NCBI GenBank assembly: GCA_903813345.2
Contig: CAIIXF020000001.1
Coordinates: 43,028,001-43,092,000, forward strand
DNA: 64,000 nt
Direction: 5' to 3'
From: Owenia fusiformis
Taxonomy: Eukaryota
Position 1 is the first letter of the stretch; each line of letters opens with the position of its first letter. The notes below the pieces were generated by a model. The model saw only the letters and a program-made list of their open reading frames with translations, was not told where the DNA came from and did not search any database. Positions 1-9,228 of the stretch are shown here, in pieces. A program made the position numbers and the translations under genes.

Positions 1-311
1 TTGCGCTATGTCAATTTAAATATTTCCACTGATCATTGTTAATAAAAAAAACGAGCAGTGAAGTATTAACCGTTGATGTCCAAAGTTAATATTTTCATAT
101 TTCTACCAGCGTTTGTCTCAGAGGATTGGACAGTGACTAGAAAAATATCTTTTTATCATTATAGACAGAAAATGGTTGGTTAGAATATTCCTTTCAGAAA
201 GAATTGTTTAGCGAACATTGTTTCTCTAGCGAGATACTTCAACTGTCCTTCTTTCATTGTACTTGTCTTCCATTTCATCCATGTACTGATTTCAAGTATA
301 TGGTCCATGGT

Positions 312-3300
312 TTATGCTAGAGGTTTAACTTGGTCAGCAAACTGTCCCAGGAAGTTCCCTGCAGGTGTATACTGGCAAACTATCAATGTTATTATGAAGC
401 CACCAGAGTTTGTGTATCTTGAACTTCCACATCCGACCTGTATAGAGTTCTGCCAAACTACCTGGAATGGAAATGGTTTGATCGAGTACAGTGCAGTGCA
501 ATACAATACAGTACAGTGCAATACAGTACAGCACAGTGCCATGCAGTGCAGTAAAGTGCAGTGCAGTACAATACAGTACAGCACAGTGACGTGTAGTACA
601 GTAAAGTGCAGTGCAGTGCAGTATAGTACAGTACAGTGCGGTGCAGTGAAATACAACACGGTGCAGTGCAGTACAGTGTTTTGCAGGGCAGTACAGTACA
701 GAGCAGTGCAGTTCAGTGCGGTGCAGTGCAATACAACGCAGTACAGTGCAGTGCAGTACAGTGTTGTGCAGTACAGTACAGTGCGGTGCAGTGCAATACA
801 ACACAGTGCAGTGCAGTACAGTGTTGTGCAATGCAGGACGAACTCCTTTGGCACCTCAAAATAGTTTCCTACTTAGCAAGTGTTTCACATACATGTACAA
901 TTAATATCAAGTTAATGGGAAATGGGACTTTGAAATGTTTTCCATTTGGAGAGGCATTCTTCTTTACAGTTTTTACTCTTCATTTATTATTGGGAAATAA
1001 TTCTCCAAACACAGCAGTTAAACTAGCAGTTTAGAATGGTTGGATAGAGGAATAGATGAATTTTGAGAATGAATGGTTTAATCACTAGATCAGAAACTAG
1101 GCTGGCTTTAAAACGTGTGATGATGATTTTATCACATGTCTTGGAATGTTGAATTGGAGCATTTTGATTTGGTCATTATGATTGTGTTCAGTACTCTGTA
1201 CTCCCGGAAACTATTATAATTTTATGTGTTTTGAAAGTTCGCTTTGAAATAATATGATGTCATACTGTTGTATTCGTACTGGTTAGTGAAATAATATGAT
1301 GTCATGCTGTATACTTTAGCTACAAAGTGATATAACCAGAGACGTCATATTGTTACTATTGACTCTGTAGTAATACAGCCCACCGTATCACATGAAAATT
1401 AGTCACATGTCATGTGATACGGAATATTCGTTGTCACAATTGACCAATCAAAATACTTAGAAAAACCTAACCATGTGATAATAGTGTTGTATCTTGTCTC
1501 AATATAACCCCTCCACAACTTTTACGATGTCTCCACAACATTGGAGACATTTTAGTGGGAGGGGTGGTAAACTTAATGCAAGACAACAGTTTTGTCCAAT
1601 GAATTTCTATATTTCTTTTGTTTGTGAGCCAGCCATATAACATTGGCTCATTTTCAACTTGTATTATACTTTCTATTGCTTAACTAGGCACACTCAGTAA
1701 TCAAATGTAGATTTCAATATTTTTCATTTTCATTGAATCAAACCTGGTAAGAATGTGTATTGCTATTGAGTATTACTACAAACCTGAGTAAAGTGACCCG
1801 TTGCAGAGCTGAATCCTGGGTTAGCATAGTCATAGTCCGATATCTCATCATACCTAAAAGCGTAATAGAAACATATGACACAGAACTGTAGTAACATGTA
1901 ATAATACCCTTGTAGAGTAAACATATCTCATCATACCTAAAAGCGAAATAGAAACACATGACACAGAACTGTAGTAACATGTAATAATACCCTTGTAGAG
2001 TAAACATATCTCATCATACCTAAAAGCGAAATAGAAACACATGACACAGAACTGTAGTAACATGTAATAATACCCTTGTAGAGTAAACATATCTCATCAT
2101 ACCTAAAAGCGTAATAGAAACATATGACACAGAACTGTAGTAACATGTAATAATACCCTTGTAGAGTAAACATATCTCATCATACCTAAAAGCGAAATAG
2201 AAACACATGACACAGAACTGTAGTAACATGTAATAATACCCTTGTAGAGTAAACATATCTCATCATACCTAAAAGCGAAATAGAAACACATGACACAGAA
2301 CTGTAGTAACATGTAATAATACCCTTGTAGAGTAAACATATCTCATCATACCTAAAAGCGAAATAGAAACACATGACACAGAACTGTAGTAACATGTAAT
2401 AATACCCTTGTAGAGTAAACATATCTCATCATACCTAAAAGCGTAATAGAAACACATGACAAAGAACTGTAGTAACATGTAATTATACCCTTGTAGAGTA
2501 AACATATCTCATCATACCTAAAAGCGTAATAGAAACACATGACAAAGAACTGTAGTAACATGTAATTATACCCTTGTAGAGTAAACATATCTCATCATAC
2601 CTAAAAGCGTAATAGAAACACATGACACAGAACTGTAGTAACATGTAATTATACCCTTGTAGAGTAAACATATCTCATCATACCTAAAAGCGTAATAGAA
2701 ACACATGACAAAGAACTGTAGTAACATGTAATTATACCCTTGTAGAGTAAACATATCTCATCATACCTAAAAGCGTAATAGAAACACATGACAAAGAACT
2801 GTAGTAACATGTAATTATACCCTTGTAGAGTAAACAATGTGAAAATGTTTCATTTACCTTTTCTCATTTACAATATCCAAGTTTTCATGATTTTCTCAAC
2901 TTGGAGTAATTGGAGCTCAACTGGGGGAAACATTTTAATTTGACTGTGAAAGTAGTTTAAAGGGTTCCGATTAGCATCCCGTATAAAAACAATATGGCGG
3001 CTCCAGGCGAATCAACTGGATCAGTCCATTTTTAAGAAATAAGGGGAGTTCTGTAAAATCCAGTTTATTGAAATTGTCTTTGAGATAAAGTAATCCGTTT
3101 ATAATGATTTTGAAAACGTTACCCAAAGAGTGATTGCGTTCAAAGAATACATGTACAACAGCCAATATAAATCCTTGTATTAGAAACCGGTTTGTCTTGC
3201 TTTGTTTCATTTGTAGGATATTTCATATGCCAAGCTGTGTGCTATTACCTTATTGGGAAATTAAATGCCAATTTTTCCTTATTATACACAAATAGAAGAT

Positions 3301-6300
3301 CCTGAAACTTCACCCATAAATGTGGAATTGATTTGTCAAAATAAAAATCACCCTTTTATAAATGTGTGACGATCTATAATATACTTATGCTATATAACAG
3401 TTAGAGGTGTTGACACAACGACTTGAGCCTGTGAACCCTTGAGTATTATTCCGGGATCGGGCCTTTTATACTAAACGGTGAGCAACACCAGAAACGAGCG
3501 TTCGATTTGCTAAACGATATGCGTCACCCTTTAAGGTGCGTCAGTGCCAGGAAAACATTCAATATTATGAAGAGACATTCACACTAGAAATACTTAAAAT
3601 GTATACAAATGTTGAATCAAACAGGTATCTAGCTTTTTCAAATTCATATTATACTTAACATATTATACAAAACTAACATTATTTAAAAACAAGTCCAACA
3701 GACAACCTGTCATGGGCCACTTAAAAGAGTTGATCTAGTGTATTTGATACGAAATCTCCTTACCAGGCTTGTGTCCCACTTGTACATTGAGCTGGGAAAT
3801 CTGTTGGAGTGCCTGTTGTGCCACTTAAGTACAAGTTTTCCCCACCTGTTCTGAATGCTGGGTTACTTGAATTACTGTGTTCGAATACCTGTCTTGCTGC
3901 CAGATCATCTGCCCAGGCTTGTGATGTTGTAGCAGCTAATGTGCTCCAAGTCATTGACGGGGTGTCTGTGTGGAGGGCTCTCACCTGATTGTGCCTGGCC
4001 AGACACGCAGTCAGAAATGGATCTGAATGTAGATAGAAAACTTCCTAAATACTGATCATGTACAAAATACAATTTAGATAAAGAGGTAATCAAGTATACT
4101 GATTAGTCTATATACAGTATCAGGAGAAGGTAACACTGACATTCTTTTTCAAAATGGCATAGAGTAAATGTCGATTTTAATATTTTTCGTTTTCATTGAA
4201 TCAAACCTGGTGACTTTGCTGTGGACATTTGGCTTTGACATTTTGACTACAGCAAGCTTGTAATAGAAACTTATTTTTTGTGTTATGGTAACATTATGGG
4301 GGGGTATAATATGAAGTGTAAGATTTCAATGTAGATAGCAAAAGAGGCTAAAGTTAAAAAGAGTGCAGCACCTGGTTGCTCTAAAGCTTGGAAGACAAAT
4401 GGCTTGAGGTAAAGTTGCCAAAATGTGGTCTTCACAATTATTAAAATTAGAAAAAAATTCACAGAATGGAATTCACACATTACTCGGCAAGGTGTGTCCG
4501 ATCTGAACACAGTATTGCACATAACTGCAGTGCATTGTATCACCAATCACTGCATTCAAAATTACTTTATAAACAGTTGTCAAGGTGACAAGTTCACTCT
4601 CCAGATAGAAATTGATACTTTGCCAACACCCTTGCTCTTTTAGTGATTTTGTATCTCTTAGGTGATTTCATAGAAAATATTTTGCAATGTGTTTCAGCCC
4701 AAGACTTTAATGCATTGTGGCTTCATGACACTCAGGCATTGTTTCTTAAACTTTGCATTCCCACTCGCAGTCATGCAAAGATTTGGAAACAACACCTTCA
4801 ATGTAATGATTCAACACACATTGAATAATACAAATTAGAATAATACATATAATTAATAATGTTTATTTGGCATACCTGAAGGTGCAGCTGTTGTGCTTGT
4901 TGTTGCAGCTGCTGTGCTTGTTGGTGCAGCTGTTGTGCTTGATGTTGGTGCAGCTGTTGTACTTGTTGCTGCAGCTGTTGTGCTTGTTGGTGCAGCTGTT
5001 GTGCTTGTTGTTGGTGCAGCTGTTGTGATTGTTGTTGGTGCAGCTGATGTGCTTGTTGTTGGTGAAGCTGTTGTACTTGTTGTGATTGTTGTTGGTGCAG
5101 CTGTTGTGGGCCCATTAGCAGTAGTGGTTGTTGGTACAGCTGTAATTGTTTGTGCAGGTGTATTGGTTGTTGGTACAGCTGTAGTTGTTTGTGCAGGTGT
5201 ATTGGTTGTTGGTGCAGCTGTAGTTGTTTGTGCAGGTGTATTGGTTGTTGGTACAGCTGTAGTTGTTTGTGCAGGTGTATTGGTTGTTGGTACAGCTGTA
5301 GTTGTTTGTGCAGGTGTATTGGTTGTTGGTGCAGCTGTGGTTGGAGGAGTTCTTCTGGTATGTTTAGTTCTATTTGGGTCTTTTGTACGCTTTGTTCGAT
5401 TTGGGTCTCTTGTACGTTTAGTGGCATTTGGGTCTCTAGTACGCCTTGTTCTATTTGGGTCTTTTGTAGGTCTAGTTCTATTTGGGTCTTTTGTACGTTT
5501 GGTTCTATTTGGGTCTTTTGTACGTTTGGTTCTATTTGGGTCTTTTGTACGTTTGGTTCTATTTGGGTCTCTTGTACGTTGAGTTCGATTAGGGTCTTTT
5601 GTACGTTTGGTTCGATTAGGGTCTCTTGTGCGTTTGGTTCGATTAGGGTCTCTTGTGCGTTTGGTTTGATTAGGGTCTCTTGTGCGTTTGGTTGCATCAC
5701 TTGTAAAAGCCTCTGGTCCTCGTGTACGCCTGGTAGCATTTGGATCTCTAGTAGGTCTGGTTATATTTGGGTCTCTAGTAGGACCACCTGGCCCTCTCGT
5801 GCGTCTGGTAGAATTTAAGGCTTGTGTTAGTCTAGTTGCCCCTGGATCTCTTGTTCTAAACGGAGCTTCATCTGCTTATGAGAAGAATTAAGGAAAGTCA
5901 CAATCAGTTCTAGCAAGGAATCTTTCCAAATGATTGACAAAAAATAAATTTTGAATATTTTAAGCTCATTTCATTCCTTTGTCATACATATTTGATGAAA
6001 ATTCTGAGCATTGATATTTTATTCAAGATAGCGGTTAGGTAATTATTCAATAATAACCCTATTGTAGCCAACTCGAATAAATTTTATTTTTTCTAGATTT
6101 TTGTTTTTCAACTTGTCAGTCTTTCTTGGAAAAGTCGGATGTGCGTTTATTGGAGTATGTGCGTCTGTTAGAGAGGATACGGCATTTTGGAGAAGTTAAC
6201 ATTATAAATTTATGACCATCATTATTATCATCAAATGATAATATTTATGTCACAACAGAGTATATTGTACTAACTATTATATCTTACCTTCACCTTTTGG

Positions 6301-6399
6301 CCTCTTTCCTTGTTTCCCTTTGCCTTTTTGACCATGGACTTCCACGCTTAGTGCCAAGATGGTCAGGACCACCAGGCCAGCAAAGAAGCTCAAATTCAT
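312..6399 (-). CDS. Secreted CAP (SCP/TAPS, PR-1/GAPR-1-like) domain protein with basic 9-aa repeats and a Thr/Ala/Pro-rich mucin-like region, about 528 aa, 5 coding exons
   Basis: Hand-spliced exons (minus): 6399-6288, 5871-4876, 4022-3764, 1853-1784, 461-312; all GT-AG, phases 1/1/2/0 consistent. Exon 1 is a signal peptide (MNLSFFAGLVVLTILALSVEVHG). Exon 2 has DPNRTKRT[RK] and TTTAVPTTNTPAQ/TTAAP repeats. Exons 3-5 carry CAP motifs HNQVRALH, AWADDLA, FEHS, GENL, WYDE, GHFTQVVW, VGCG, VCQYTPAGN. Confidence 0.93.
486..836. repeat. Degenerate pentanucleotide microsatellite (CAGTG/CAGTA)n in the last CAP-gene intron
   Basis: Visible 5-bp periodicity over about 350 bp; explains the low-complexity ORFs at 307-1034. 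Confidence 0.95.
1840..2836. repeat. 83-bp tandem minisatellite, 12 copies, overlapping the acceptor of CAP exon 4
   Basis: Unit ATATCTCATCATACCTAAAAGCG...GAGTAAAC recurs every 83 bp; ORF-track hits are also spaced 83 bp apart. Confidence 0.97.
5140..5695 (-). repeat. Coding tandem repeats in CAP exon 2: 5 x 39 bp and 12 x 27 bp
   Basis: GTGCAGGTGT recurs at 39-bp spacing (about 5151-5307); GGGTC recurs at 27-bp spacing (about 5376-5673). Confidence 0.93.
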
Positions 6400-7254
6400 G
6401 ACTTCAGCCTTCAACAATAAAGCACATCTTTACAATAGCTCTAAGAATAAAGTTTTCCGTTTTTCATTATTATTTCGAAGGTTGAGGTTTTTATCTCTCC
6501 CTTTTATTACATACATTACGGCATGGCAAACCTTTGAAAGAGTAAGAAAAAGTAAAATGCTTTGAACTGATTGAACTTGAAATTACCACCTATAGAATAA
6601 GATAATCTTAATATTGAAACACATTTTTTAAGTATGACTTTAATTGATTAAGACTGAGACATTTTCACCCAGGGGCAACATATTTTGTCTTGAAAGTATT
6701 TATGACTCAAGGAATTAAAAAGTGAGAAAAGTGTATTCTCTCTAAAGAGCTTAATCACCCAACGAATAATACATAAGTGCACCATTGCAACGTTAATAAC
6801 AAATAGTTTCAAGAAAGCCATAGAGTATCTACAACATAGTGATAACAACTAAATAGAAGTTGAAACATGGTGTGTTCTTATTTCCATCTGAATTTTATAT
6901 GTGCATTCTTTAGAGTTTCTCAAAACATGACTATTGTGCATTTTTTAGAAAGAATATGGTACACAGGCTGTACTTAACAGTGTGTTTATGTGATCTAACT
7001 GACCATTGTTTATGACATATTTGACATTTTTTGCATGTGACTCATTTATTTCATCAATCAGTCTAATGTATGGCTCCAAGGAATTATTTACGATATAATA
7101 TTAATACATTACAAATAACAGTGTTTTAGGTAGCTTGTCAACAATAGTGCGCAAAGACTTATTTACTGTAGTTGGGTTATACAAACTTTTTCAAAGTAAC
7201 TAAAGTTTTAATGTATGGAACATATTTATTGTGAACATATAGTGTGTCACCTAC

Positions 7255-7360
7255 CTTGAATTATCCTCAGATATTTGAATCAATCTGTATCTCCGTCCAT
7301 ACAGGTCTTCCAAATGATCCTCGCATGTCTTATCTGTGGACATTGGGCCGTTATATATAT
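7255..7360 (-). promoter_or_regulatory. Putative TATA box and non-coding first exon of the CAP gene
   Basis: Minus-strand ATATATATAA at 7360-7351, then a strong donor AAG|GTAGGT at 7255/7254; acceptor-like AG lies just upstream of the ATG at 6399. Confidence 0.45.
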
Positions 7361-8816
7361 TGGACATAAAACACGTCATCATGTAAATCCAAATGCTATT
7401 TTTGTATGAAAATTGTCAGAGATGTTGATTAGTTCCACATGGCACCCAGTAATGTCCATGTAGGTGGTGTAACATGTTCTGGGATAACCACACATTTTGG
7501 AATAATAAACATGTTTGTGACACTTGTATATTGTAAGCATTAATGTATGTAATATTATTTTGATATACTGGAGTAATATATATTAGGTGTTTCATTAGCA
7601 GCAGGCAACATGCGATTTTCACTGGTTGTTTTCACAAAATCGCCTGTTGTTTTTAGGGACTTTTTAACTTTTCCATGTTAAATTTATGATTTCCATTGAT
7701 TTTGCCTGTTGTTTTCATTTATTTAGCCTGTTGTGAGAAATTCTAGTGAAACCCCTGTATGTGCTCTCTGTATTACATATAGCATATGTTCTGAAATGCC
7801 AAATAGCATGGAAAAATATCCACATTGTTCAAAATTCAAAAGTAGTAAATCAGGCTATTATTATGTTATTCTTAAAATTTCAAAGTAGAAAGGGGAACTT
7901 CATAGCATCTAATTTACAGAAGTTACTATCTACAAATTATGATACATAAACCTAGCCAATACTCCTATTCGCGATAAGAGTTCAGGTGGTAATTTACATA
8001 AATATCTCCCATGATGCATCGCTTTGGAAGGGACAAATTTTCATTGGCCCACCGAACGAGTCGATTACTCTGAACGTTTCTCAGCTTCTGATGTTCCATC
8101 AGCCCTCAAGCATAGTTATATAATCCAATCTATTCAATAATCAGAAAGATAAACGGAGATTCAAAGTAACATTATTTATATTTTTCGATCTTCAGTGGCG
8201 TCTGAGCAATTTATGGGATATCAGTGACGTCACTGGAATTGGACGGCATTTTCAACTACTGATTTCTTCGGATTTGGGGATTATAGCTCAAAAAGCTTTG
8301 TCATATATCTTAATTACATACATACCTATCTGTTGTGCAAATGAAACTCTACATAAATGTTTAATAGAGCCGCAGTGCGGCATTGAAAATAGCACCCCTG
8401 TGTAATCCAATGGGAAAGAACCCGGATGTAGACGAAGTTGTACCATACATGAGAGCTCTTCAAACGAGAGATAGCTAAACTGAACGAAATTAAACGTTAT
8501 CGCGTATTGGTATATTTACTTCAGTTTTTTTAGATCATCAAAAAGGGTCAGGATTTGGTGGCAAGAAATTTTAGAAAGTATTACATATTTCACCAACAGC
8601 TGTTTGATGTTCAATTACAAAATATTAAATTAACAACATTGGATAAGGATGAGTATTATAAACTGGCAGTTCATTAATTAGAGTGAACCTGTTCAACTTT
8701 ATGGTCAATATTTGGTTGATATGCTTGGTTGTGTAATACTGTGTACATACAGGTGCATGTACAATTAGGAGCATGGGCTTTCAAGAGATAAAAGCATAAA
8801 AGTACATGTAAAGATG

Positions 8817-8922
8817 TACATGGTGTTTCATAATGACTGTCCCACCATCAACCACCAATCCTAAATAGCATACCTAGGACTGCCTGTGGATGGGGGGGAT
8901 GGTCATTATGAAACACCCTGTA
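8817..8922. mobile_element. Short Tc1/mariner-like MITE; related copy at about 55250-55723
   Basis: TACATGGTGTTTCATAATGAC ... GTCATTATGAAACACCCTGTA terminal inverted repeats with TA ends. Confidence 0.6.
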
Positions 8923-9228
8923 GTTTGAACTCTTATGCACATGTAAGAATAAATCAGTATCAATGATATCAGATCCAAATCCTAAATCCTTTTTTAAATT
9001 TCTATCTGTAATTTTTTATTTGATCAAATTAAAAGTATCCTTCACAAGAGCTTGACTTTTCAATTCAGAATTTTAAAACCTATCTGCATCAAAGTGTATT
9101 CTGTGATATTCAGAGAATAGATTGGGATGTACAGATTTCATTGGTAGGTCAAAAGCTGACGAATAACTTCTCCATATTGGCCATCTTCATGTTCTGTATG
9201 TAAGCATTTCATTGTTGTGTATTTTCAG

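Noticed and set aside
307..1034. Cys/His-rich ORFs on both strands
   Set aside because: Translations of a 5-bp microsatellite; only 461-312 (minus) is a real exon.
1840..2836. CRISPR-like array or family of 62-89-aa peptide ORFs
   Set aside because: Head-to-tail units with no unique spacers, eukaryotic context and no cas genes; the ORFs are artefacts of the 83-bp period.
4798..5891. Gln-rich 313-aa ORF and Val-rich or Cys-rich plus-strand ORFs
   Set aside because: Alternative frames of the repeat exon; splice phases select the Thr-rich minus-strand frame.
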